DNA of 64,000 nucleotides from Octopus vulgaris (lineage: Eukaryota): positions 24,118,001-24,182,000 of the forward strand of contig OX597834.1 in NCBI GenBank assembly GCA_951406725.2. Reading direction: 5' to 3'. Positions within the stretch are counted from its first letter, which is position 1. Each line of letters starts with the position of its first letter. The notes below the pieces were generated by a model. It saw nothing but the letters and a program-made list of their open reading frames with translations, ran no database searches and had not been told where the DNA came from. Positions 12,427-23,221 of the stretch are shown one piece after another. The position numbers and the translations under genes were made by a program.

Positions 12427-13002
12427 TTCTTTTGTGCATGTTGGCAAAATGTGTCATTTCACATGAGAAGAGCAAACAAGAAATCTTTATTGAATAATTG
12501 AGGTCTGTGGCTAAACCTTACACAGTTTGTCTTCAAAAAGGAATATACCAGCTCTCAACAAAGCTCAGCTTGCATAGATATAGCAGCCAAATCTCTCTCA
12601 GATTACATTTTATTGCATCTTTAAAAAGGAATGACACTAAAAAAAAAGGGTCAGATAGCCGCTTTAGACCAAAAACATATATTGTGGCTATTGTTACAGT
12701 TCCCACTTGGACTAACAATATCTCAGCCAGATTAGGTCTCTTGCCACCAAACCAAAGCTGACCTTTGAAAAATGATTTAATTGGTGAATATCATGCTTAG
12801 TGTTTCCATGACCTCAGTCAATCCTTTTCATTCATCAAAAGATCACATATAATCAGAAACCACTAGCAGTGACATAGTGAAACATGAATGAACTCTACTA
12901 CATCATTTGAGCAATCATTTAATTGTATTTCCACTCACACATATATACATGTGCATACATATATACACACATATAGATGTGTATAGGTATACACTTATTT
13001 AT

Positions 13003-13236
13003 GGCAGCGAGCTGGCAGAAACGTTAGCACGCCGGACGAAATGCGTAGCTGTATTCCGTCTGCCGTTACGTTCTGAGTTCAAATTCCGCCGAGGTCGACT
13101 TTGCCTTTCATCCTTTCGGGGTCGATAAATTAAGTACCAGTTACACACTGGGGTCGATATAATCGACTTAATCCGTTTGTCTGTCCTTGTTTGTCCTCTC
13201 TGTGTTTAGCCCCTTGTGGGTAGTAAAGAAATAGGT
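13003..13236 (+). mobile_element. Family B SINE, full length
   Basis: Complete head to tail; ataggtatacacttatt on both sides (17-bp TSD). Confidence 0.95.
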
Positions 13237-13384
13237 ATACACTTATTAGTTTAAATACCCGATGAGAAAAAAAGGAAGAAGTATTTTGTTATATTACTCA
13301 AATTTAATTCTATGTTCTGACTAAGTATCAAACCAAGTTTGGTGACCCTGCTTTATGTCGTGCGTTCACCTCGTGTCCTTTTAA

Positions 13385-13605
13385 CCCTTTCATTACTGTA
13401 TTTATTTTGAGATGCTCTGTGTTTCTTCCAATTATTTTAAATATAATGAATAATTTAGTAAAATAACTTAGTTATCATTCAGCTAGTGTTAGGAACCTAA
13501 ATTGTGACTAAGATTTGGTGGAAGATTTGAATTCAAAACTTATGAAAACAAGACATTTATACTAAAGAGCCAGAGCCAGTTTCAGCCTGGTTGGTAACAA
13601 AAGGG
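13385..13605. mobile_element. piggyBac-type MITE
   Basis: ttaa|ccctttcattac ... gtaacaaaaggg|ttaa: CCC/GGG termini with TTAA duplication. Confidence 0.85.
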
Positions 13606-13771
13606 TTAAAGTGAACGTTTGTACTGCCTTCTAATTTGCATACTGGTTTGTTTCGTAAGTGCCGTGATACTTTTTGCACATGGATTTTTAAGTCCTGCTT
13701 TAATCAGCATGTATTTTTGAGTACATATTGCTCACATATTCACTCCATTATTTAAGTGGCATTCGTGTAAT

Positions 13772-14357
13772 ACTCTCTCTCTTTACTCTTTTCTCTTTTA
13801 CTTGTTTCAGTCATTTGACTGCGGCCATGCTGGAGCACCGCCTTTTAGTTGAGCAAATCGACCCCGGGACTTATTCTTTGTAAGCCCAGTACTTATTCTA
13901 TCGGTCTCTTTTGCCGAACCGCTAAGTGACGGGGACGTAAACACACCAGCATCGGTTGTCAAGCAATGCTTGGGGGACAAACACAGACACACAAACACAT
14001 ATATATATATATACATATATACGACAGGCTTCTTTCAGTTTCCGTCTACCAAATCCACTCACAAGGCATTGGTCGGCCCGGGGCTATAGCAGAAGACACT
14101 TGCCCAAGATGCCACGCAGTGGGACTGAACCCGGAACATGTGGTTGGTTAGCAAGCTACTTACCACACAGCCACTCCTGCGCCTTTTTTTTTTTTTTTAC
14201 TCTTTTTACTTGTTTCAGTCATTTGACTGTGGCCATGCTGGGGTACCACCTTTAATCGAGCAACTCGACCCCGAGACTTATTGTTTTGTAAGCCCAGTAC
14301 TTATTCTATCGGTCTCTTTTGCTGAACTGCTAAGTAATGGGGACATAAACACACCAA
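13772..14357 (-). mobile_element. Family A SINE (13772-14182) plus adjacent 3' fragment (14197-14357)
   Basis: Match to family A. Confidence 0.92.
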
Positions 14358-14631
14358 ATTCTGTATCAAAACATAACAGATTTTTTTAGTTTTGGGCTTA
14401 AACATTTCATTAGAAAGTCAAAAACAAGGCAATATAGCGAAAAAGAAGAAAACAGGAGTATTGGAGAAATGTTTTAACTGTGACAGGTTATATTAGAAAA
14501 GGTTAGAAGTTAGAATGATCAAGAGTGAGAAGGAAGAGAAATTTCATACAAATGAGAGCACTAAGTGATGTAACTGTGAGCAAGTGCGTGTTGTTCTTCA
14601 ACCATTAGTCAACACAGTGTGAGCCTAATAT

Positions 14632-14882
14632 CATCATCGTTTAATGTCCGTTTTCCATGCTAGCATGGGTTGGATGGTTCAACCAGGGTCTGGAAAGCTA
14701 GGAGGCTGCACCAGGCTCCAGTTTGATCTGGCAGTGTTTCTACAGCTGGATGCCCTTCCTAACGCCAACCACTCCGTGAGTGTAGTGGATGCTTTTTAAG
14801 TGCCACCGGCACAGGGGCCAGAGGAGGCTGGCTAACGGCCACGATTGGTTGGTGCTTTTCTTTTAACGTGTCACGGCACGGG
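14632..14882 (-). mobile_element. Family C retroposon
   Basis: (atc)n tail followed by gtttctacagctggatgcccttcctaacgccaacc. Confidence 0.88.
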
Positions 14883-15789
14883 TGTCTTAACAACTATTTC
14901 CATTCAATTTTCATTTGATGTTGGTGTTAAAGTACTTGACTCACAATTTGTCACAGTTTTGCTAATCTTCAGATTCACGAATGGGCCTCAAGACAAATTA
15001 AGATACACCAATATGGATGAGTGTAATTTCACAATGTGTGTGTAGTGTAAATATGTAAGTGTACATATTTGTGTGTATATATCTGCTTTTGTTTTGTGTA
15101 TGTGGCAATGTGTATGTGATGGCATTTAGCATGCATGTATTAGTGGAGTTGAGTTCGTTTATATGGGTGTGTGTGTGTGTGTGTGTGTATAGTACTATCT
15201 AGTTTGTTGTGTGTGTTAAGATATTTTTTATGATGGGTGTCATGACGGTGTTATGTATGCATGTATGTGTGTCATTAGCACATAAGTATGTGTGTCTGTG
15301 TCCAGTTTGGTGTTCGCATGTATTTCTTTTATTATGGCCAGGCTCCAACCCAGGTTGCAGCAACAAAGTATACCCACTTCCTCACACTTCTCAGTCCATT
15401 ATCACTGCCTTGATGTCCTGGACACATTCCAGGCCAGTGTCTGCAATAAAGTTGTCAATGTAAGTGTGATGTTTCCCTCTTCTTACATTGCCATGAAGTG
15501 GATTCTACAGGACTAATTTGTGCTTCCAATTCATGGTGGCACATGCAGTGACCAAATAGTCACAGCCATCTTTGCCTGATCTTAAGTAAACATGAGCATA
15601 TTGTTCTGATGCAGTAGGAAGGTGTTGCAGCAGTTGTGTAGGGTATGTGTGTATATATGTGTGCAAATTAAAAATAACATTGTTAAATCTATAAGGTCAT
15701 TCACAAATATTTTAACATTGATAATAGATACATTGTGAAGCAGAGTTAGGATAAGAAAGTTTAATTTCTTTAAAAAAATTTCTTAAGAC

Positions 15790-16300
15790 GAATTGTGTGC
15801 AATACTTTTGAAAAATTGCAGAGGGTTTTCATTTTGATATTCCTGAACTAACTTCTTCAGTCATGCATCAATAATTTGATAGGTCTTTTTTATTTATTTA
15901 TTTTTTTATTGTTGAATCTCCATGTTGAATGTGTGCAATTTTTCTCTGGCTTAATCTTTCCTCAGCTTTGAGGGCAGTGCATAGTTTGCACAAATTTAGA
16001 TGCATGGATGTTAGTGATAAGTGAAAAACATTGTGAAACCCTTCTAAAGAATTATTTGATCATGGCAAGTCCTTTAAGACGCAATCACATATATTCCAAA
16101 GTTGTATGGGAAAATATGGGGTTTCTCTTCACCAACGAGGACCACACCCCTTACAATCCCAACGTATGTAATCTCAAAATAGGTGATAAACTCAGAAGGG
16201 ATGGCTTCATTGTCAGACAAATCTTCAAATACATTGATATCTTCAACCTATTTTTTGTATTCATTGACATTATTGATATTATTTTTTAGACATTCTTTTT
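15790..16300 (-). pseudogene. Mutator/MULE transposase C-terminal fragment
   Basis: Minus translation EFITYFEITYVG...FP...DLP*SNNSLEGFHN...LKAEE matches the MULE motif YF..TWIG...P.TNN..EGWH. Confidence 0.75.
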
Positions 16301-16349
16301 TTATTTCCATAATATTGTAACCCATATAATAATAATAATAATAATAATA

Positions 16350-16518
16350 ATTTCTTTACTACCCACAAGGGGCTAAACACAGAGAGAACAAACAAAGACA
16401 GACAAAGGGATTAAGTCGATTGCATCAACCCCAGTGAACTAGTACTTAATTTATCGACCCCGAAAGGATGAAATGCAAAGTCGACCTCGGCGGAATTTGA
16501 ACTCAGAACGTAACGGCA
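16350..16518 (-). mobile_element. Family B SINE, 5'-truncated, within (AAT)n
   Basis: 3' part of family B. Confidence 0.88.
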
Positions 16519-17311
16519 ATAATAATACTGCATCATGCCATGATGCACTGCAGTGCCAGGTAGTGGCTCTCGTGGCTTCTGATCTTAACCGATTGGAAGT
16601 GTTATCATGTACATTGTTTTGTCTTGGTATAAAAGATGGGCTACAGCAAATATTCTGCTCAATACTACAGATTGATAATATAGTTTTATACATTCTTATG
16701 AATATAATTTTATAAGGGGACTTTTAGTATATGTCACTGAATTCATTGAAATAAGGAAAAAATTATCAATGACACCATTAATTGACACATTATTAATTAG
16801 CATAAAGCATAGACTGGAAAAAACATGGATTACATGGAAAAATGCAAGCAAGAGAAATAATATTCTTAAGATTATAAACCTGGAAAATTACAGAAGTTAT
16901 TACACTTGGAAAAGTTCAGGACAACTTATTGTATCTGGTAAAGTACAGAACAAAAAAATTTTTACTTAAAATATTGCAGCTAAGGATAAAATTTGAATTT
17001 TGAAAATTATTTGATTTTAATTTACAAAGTAACATTACAACACTGGGGAACAAGGTTTTTGTTGCCTGATGTAGGAGACACGTTTTCTACTAATTCGGGG
17101 TGCTGATTTCAAAACTGAAATGGCGAAATTCATTTTGTTCTATCCTGTCAAGATTTTTCACAAACTGAGATGTCCATTTTTCAACATTTTTGGTATTGTC
17201 ACCATTTCTAAGGCTAGATTTGACTTCATCAAATACAAACTAGGGCTCCCAAAAAGCCGATAAATCCCAAAACCGAGTTCAAGTATAAGTAATTCTCAAA
17301 ACCGGTTTTCG

Positions 17312-17519
17312 CGGGTACTACTTAAGAAGAATGGTCCCGGTGCGCGTACTCGCGCATCTGCGCTAGCTAGTCGTGACTAGTCGATCCTTACTTTGTGTTT
17401 TCGTGTTTTATTTACTTTGCTAGGTAGTCGTTATAGGATCGATTAGTCACGACTAGCTAGCGCGGATACGCGAGTACTCAAGTGCGGACACCGGGATCAC
17501 TCTTCTTAAATAGTACCCG
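17312..17519. mobile_element. Palindromic MITE with ~75-bp arms nested in the hAT
   Basis: cgggtacta.ttaagaaga...ctagctagtcgtgactagtcgatcct mirrored by aggatcgattagtcacgactagctag...tcttcttaaatagtacccg. Confidence 0.8.
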
Positions 17520-18829
17520 AATTCTTTAGAGATTTCAAATCCATCTGTTACCATCTTGGGCTCTTCATTCATTTTCTTCATTGCGCTTGTGTATTCACGC
17601 ATGAGTTCATTACCTTCGTAAGTAGATGGGACAAGAGTAACACTTGTTTTTAGGTTCCCTCCTATTTCATTTTCTTTGTATAATTCTGTTGCGTTCTCAG
17701 CATCATGTTCAGGAAATAATCTCCTATATGTTTGTTCAGCATACTTCCTTAAATGTTGTTTCGTTAAAAAATAGAAAAGGCCCAGAAATTGACTTACCTT
17801 TAAATTTCCTTGGGTTATGTAAACACCTCAAGAGAGTCAAGGCTTCGACATTTCTTCTCTTATTATATCTATGCATAAGTCTTTAACGAAGATTTAGAGC
17901 CAAAGGGTTGCTGACGATGTTAAGTTTTTTCAATAAAAATTCTCTAGGATATTCCGCTTTCAGTAAACCCGTATCATCAGCGCAAATAGCCATCAAAATA
18001 ATTTCTACTGAATGCAGAATTTCATATAGTAAATTGAGAGATTTCCATTCTTCGTCAGCGACGGCATCTGTGGAAAGTTCTGCTCATAGAGCATTTGGAA
18101 TGCAGCTTTTCAATTTTAAAAATCTCTTAATCATATGGAATGTGCTATTCCACCGAGTTCTGCAATCCAGTATAAGTTTATATTCTCTGTTATCAAAGTT
18201 CGCTCGTACAAAATCTTGCAAAATTTCATTTTTTGTAGGAGATTTACGGAAAAGTTTTGAAATTTTTCTTACCTTATTTAAAACTTTGTTAAATTCAGGT
18301 TTTAGCTGGGGAAAACAAGCATTTTCGTGAGCCAAATCTGTTTGACAAAGTATGTCTTGTTGGCTTATGTCAGCTTCATCATTACTATCGTCTGTTATGA
18401 CGATCACTATCGTCTGTTACAGCGATCACTGTCGTCTGTTATGGCGATCTCTTCACTTTTTTTATCAAAAAATTTAGTGTTACCTCCTTGAAATGAATCC
18501 GGAGCTGGTTATTACATATGCTCAACGGGAAAGATCACCCCGACTGAAGACTAACAGCATCCCCTTGACTTGCTATGAACAAACTCAGTTACCTGCAAAT
18601 TCAAAGAGTCTGCATGGGGTTAGCGAAGGAAATGACAAGGTGCTGATCTAAGGTTCAAGTGGAAAGAAGGTGAGAATTGATATGTTGCGATATGTTTCAA
18701 TGAAACAGACAGCACTCTCAACTAAAGGCGACCGACAACAGTTCAGTTAGTTCAGTTTCAACGATATTTCTTGAAAAGAAAAAAAATGGAGAAATGTTTT
18801 TGCGAAAAAAAACAAACAAAACAAACAGC

Positions 18830-18944
18830 GGATCTTTTCACTTTGACCGGCACATTTAAAAAATAGTTATTTATAACTAAACACTTTTAAACTTCGTATA
18901 CTGGTAGAATGTATTTCATAAAACATCTTTTATTGAAAAGATCC
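18830..18944. mobile_element. Short MITE (GGATCTTTTC termini)
   Basis: ggatcttttca / tgaaaagatcc; flanks caaacagc/gaaacagc; interior homologous to 22818-23221. Confidence 0.75.
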
Positions 18945-19280
18945 GAAACAGCAAGCCTTAAAATCGGTTTTGGCAAGTCGGTTTCGGTTTTACTGATCAT
19001 AATATAAAACCGGTTTTGAGGCCTAATGCAAATCCATGTATGGAGCTTGACATAAATTTAAAAAGATAGTTTTTCAATGTCGTTTAAAGTAAATATAACT
19101 ACAAAAGTGAAAACAAAAAGTTATGATTTAAGTATCTTTAGTAAATAAAAAGTATCAAACTTGGACAACTTCCACTATTTTCAACCTAACCAGTTTCAAG
19201 TGTCATGACGATTATAGAAATGTCCTTTATACAATTAGATGTTAAGAAACAACATATTTTGTGGTCCTTGACACCATACA

Positions 19281-19487
19281 TACTCTTTTACTCTTTTACT
19301 TGTTTCAGTCATTTGACTGCGGCCATGCTGGAGCACCGCCTTTAGTCGAGCAACTCGACCCCGGGACTTATTCTTTTTGTAAGCCCAGTACTTATTCTAT
19401 CGGTCTCTTTTTGCTGAACCGCTAAGTGACGGGGACGTAAACACACCAGCATCGGTTGTCAAGCAATGCTAGGGGAACAAACACAGA
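19281..19487 (-). mobile_element. Family A SINE 3' half
   Basis: Match to family A. Confidence 0.9.
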
Positions 19488-19774
19488 TTAATATTTTGTA
19501 GGAGTGTCTAATATTTGCTTAAATTATTTGCAGATATGCCCAAACTCTGCTTAATTTAGGATGACTATCATTGCAAACTAGATGGGACATGTTTTGTTGA
19601 ACTTTTAACTGTCTCTTATGAAAATTGGTGTTTTGAATGTGCCCTTAATGTTTTGATTTAGAGGTCACATAGGCCAAGGTCACTTTTTGTTAACTATGGT
19701 CAAAGAACTTCATGGTATATATTCTCTTTATGGAACTTTGCCATCACAAATCTGCATTTGCTTACTTTATAACT

Positions 19775-20670
19775 TGTGGTATGAGCCAGGCCGTGTTGTA
19801 GGGAAGGACTGGAAGTGAGGAAGTACATGTGTCCTGTTGGAAGTGGGGCCTGTGGATCCCATCAGAAGGGCTGCAGTGGGCATGCGAGGTTGGTGAAGTG
19901 CAAGCAGTCGAGCAGACATGTTCGATGGTACTGTGGTAGACAGAGCACATGGACCTTATATATTGAGACAGAGCACGTGGACGTTGTGAGCGACCCTTCC
20001 AGATCAACAGGTAAGACTACTGTAATTCTCTCTTTGCTTCCATCTTTTTCCTCCTTCACATCACATGCTAAATTTGGCTCCAAAAAAAAAAAAAAAAGAG
20101 AAAGAAATGATGGGTATGGTCTGTGTTTTGAATGAGACGGTTAGGCCATTTTGCAGCGAGGGAGACATTGCCACTTGGTTGCAAAAAATTAAGATGGTGG
20201 CAAGACTCCATAGTATAGATGACCTAGCGATTTTCGTACCATTGTACCTTGATAGATCAGCATTGACACTATACCTGGAAATGGAGGAGAAGGACCAGTT
20301 ATGCTCAGAAAAAATAGAAGTCTGGCTGATGGAGGCTTTTAGAGAAGGGCCATTTATGGCATATGGTTGACTAGGGAAAGTGAAGTAGACAAGTGAACAG
20401 GTAGATGTGTTTGCCAACAAAATCAAGAGATTGGGCACACTTGTGGGATAGAGGGATGACGTGTTGGAACAAACAGTTAAATTAGCATTTCTGACAGGAT
20501 TTCCTGACCACATGTCAGTTGAACTGTAAAAGCTGGCGATGGGAAATGTAATATCTCGGGCCAGAGTCATCATCTTGTGTTGCAGGATGACACCTTTAGC
20601 AGCAACTGCAACAATGAGAAGGGGTTGAACAAGGAACATGTGTGACCCTTCAAAGGCAATGTTTTTGGTG
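19775..20670 (+). mobile_element. LTR retrotransposon remnant: putative LTR (19775-20065) plus disrupted gag
   Basis: TG...CA-bounded segment, then VRPFCSEGDIATWLQKIKMVARL...LYLEM...EQVDVFANKIKRL...KLAFLTGFP with in-frame stops. Confidence 0.7.
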
Positions 20671-20680
20671 TCAATGGAAA

Positions 20681-21480
20681 TGTAGCGTACACTTGAGGGA
20701 AATTCCTCTCTCTCTCTCTCTCTCTCTCTGTTATATATACATAATTACGGACGTAGTAGATAACAACTAGCCTTCGGCTGCACTTTTGGACCCTATTATG
20801 ACCACTACTCTGATTGGTTGGTATTGGTGCGATTTGTCTCTTGCTCTATCGCGTGCCAATATGCAACCCAACCAGTCGCAGCATTCAAATAAGGTCACGT
20901 GAGACAGTCTCTTCTTAACCTTAGTTTGAGCTGACTGCTCACTATAAAACTCTAGCTTCACACCGTCTAAATTTTTTTAGGTTCCAGGCCTTTTAAGGTC
21001 TAGCCACTGACGACACAGGACACAGCCAGTTCCAACGACAACACAACAACAGCCACATGGAGACCCATCAACTTCGTCCAGCAGTATTCGAGGATCTCCA
21101 TCTCCGTCGCCACCATTCGTCCTAACGTCGACATCATCTCTCTCTTCTCTCGCGTTGGCGCTCACGTTGAACAACACTGCAACCTAGCAGCTCACAGTGG
21201 ATTCTTAACCCGCACTAACTTTACCCGCTATCTCCAGAGGTAATGTACCTCTCGCGAACGGAGCTAATGAACTACGCGCTGACATACAGATGGTCGCTGG
21301 GAACAAACCCCATGAAATGAGAACCAAATAAGCAACCATTGAATTGCATCCGCTTGTTAGCCTCTTCTACTTCGAGTTCCAGAATCTTAAGACTACAAAA
21401 AATAATTGTAATGGGAGAAGGAGATGCTCCATAGATATCAGGAACCTTCTAGTCCCATTACAGAAACTACAGAAAACCTA
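20681..21480 (+). mobile_element. Second LTR-element remnant (putative LTR ~20681-20962 and very degenerate gag-like sequence)
   Basis: TG start, tataaa near a ...caca end; downstream only weakly resembles Gypsy gag. Confidence 0.4.
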
Positions 21481-21492
21481 TATATATATATC

Positions 21493-21717
21493 TCTACTAC
21501 CCACAAGGGGCTAAACACAGAGAGGACAAACAAGGACAGACAAACGGATGAAGTCGATTACATCGACCCCAGTGCGTAACTGGTACTTAATTTATCGACC
21601 TCGAAAGGATGAAAGGCAAAGTCGACCTCGGCGGAATTTAAACTCAGAACGTAACGGTAGACGAAATACCGCTAAGCATTTCACCCGGCGTGCTAACGTT
21701 TCTGCCAACTCGACGCC
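21493..21717 (-). mobile_element. Family B SINE
   Basis: Near full-length reverse complement of family B. Confidence 0.92.
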
Positions 21718-21980
21718 TGTGAGATCAATATTTACGTTTAATCTACACATGAGCGTAATTGTGTGATGAAAGCTGCCATAAACTGTAGTTGTGTGACGAC
21801 AAATGGGGTAGATATTTCTCTGAATGTACGATGTGGTATCAAAAATTTCCAGGATTAATTAGAATAAATTAACATCTTGCAAATAGTCATCTTCTACAAC
21901 AACACAATGGTTCCAGCGTTCCTGCTACTTTTAGAATCAAGTCTTCATGTCGTTTTCTGTAAGATAATGGACGACCTGCA

Positions 21981-22479
21981 ATTCACTTTCGATACGAGGC
22001 CGGTCGCGTACACTAACAACGACGGATCTGGTGCCTTTCGTTGAAGTTTTCGCCCGCTTCTTAGGACCGACTGACCCGTGCTCGACCAACTTCGGCACGA
22101 AACCCTTCTCCACTTCGGTCTTCAAGGGCCACGTTCGAATATTTGCCACTACCACCGAGATCTGCACTTGCGGCCAGTTTCAACCGGGATCGCGCCCGCG
22201 GCTTCTATACACGCCACGGCGCCCTCCTACTCGACCGGGCATCGGAAAGTCGACTCGCCGGCGATCGCGCAACCTGTCGCCCGGCCGGTCCGGCATTGGT
22301 CGCTCGCTCCAGCGCCATCCATTTTGGGGGGGCCGGTCGATTCGGGAGGTAAGTTGTTACATACTCCTGAACGGATTCCAATTTCCGTGGCCACCGTCCT
22401 GCTGTCTATATCGACTGACACCCTTTCAGGGATCTAATGGGCGAAGCGTAGGGCACCTTAGCCAGACGTTCGGTTCATC
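21981..22479 (-). pseudogene. Dispersed 28S (LSU) rRNA fragment, ~500 bp
   Basis: Reverse complements of conserved LSU motifs: cttaggaccgactgaccc, cccttctccacttcgg, actaccacc.agatctgcac, ctccagcgccatccatttt, tggccaccgtcctgctgtctatatc, cgttcggttcatc; no other rDNA nearby. Confidence 0.93.
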
Positions 22480-22817
22480 AGTGTAACAGTAGAAGTGAAA
22501 CAAAAAAGAAAGGAAGGGGAAGATGCAAAAAGAAAAGGAAAGAAAGAATGGTGAAAAGTTATAACGATTTTCATAAGGGAAAGTAGAGTTGCCTCCCATG
22601 GACCGTTGTCTGAACGGTGTCAGCTCTGCATTGCGTACAAGCTTTCTTCTGCCAAGAATGAAAAGGGAGAAAACTGCATTGTAAAAATTTATTTGTTTTC
22701 ACGACGATAGCGACAAAATATTTTGCATTTTGCATCCAGGAAAACACTCAGAACGCGTGAGATTTTAGAATGATTGCAACGCGTACTTCCATACAGATAT
22801 GGCTTAGAAGAGCCTGA

Positions 22818-23221
22818 GGATCTTTTCGGTTTGAACGGCAGTTTTTAAAAATAATTCCCACGTAACTAAAAAATTTTAAACTTCGTATACTGTTAGAATG
22901 TGTTTATAAAACATCTTTTTCTCTTGGCTTTATTGAGAAAATTCTATGGTTTGTAAGATATTTGTTGTTTTTTTTCTTCAATTTCTGCAATTTCAACCAA
23001 TCAATCACGTCTATTGAGGTGAAAACATTCTGTGCCGTATGAATATGTCCCTTGTTTAAGAAACAGATTGGGTTTATTTACATTTGTGAAGAAAAAAAGA
23101 TACCCTTCCCCAACCCTAACCCTAAAATAGATTGAAATGCAATAGATCGATACAAGGGTCATAATTATGGGTGACAATTTCATAAGACACCGCTAGAAAA
23201 AACTGCCGTTCAAACCGAAAA
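22818..23221. mobile_element. MITE (ttttcggtttgaacggcagttttt TIRs)
   Basis: ~24-bp TIRs at 22824 and 23198-23221; internal ccctaaccctaa. Confidence 0.82.

Larger units (their letters stand above)
17241..19025 (-). mobile_element. Internally deleted hAT DNA transposon
   Basis: Termini tagggctcccaaaa / ttttgaggccta; imperfect 8-bp TSD atacaaac/atgcaaat; aaaccg subterminal motifs; ORF 18084-18407 VRKISKLFRKSPTK...LILDCRTRWNSTFHMIKRFL (hAT TRWNS motif). Confidence 0.88.

Noticed and set aside
15330-15465. Segment ending in aat|gtaagt
   Set aside because: Good donor but no convincing acceptor or recognisable peptide; may be decayed repeat
23110-23126. ccctaaccctaa telomere-like repeats (also 55683-55710)
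   Set aside because: Only 2-3 units, inside MITEs; not an interstitial telomere array
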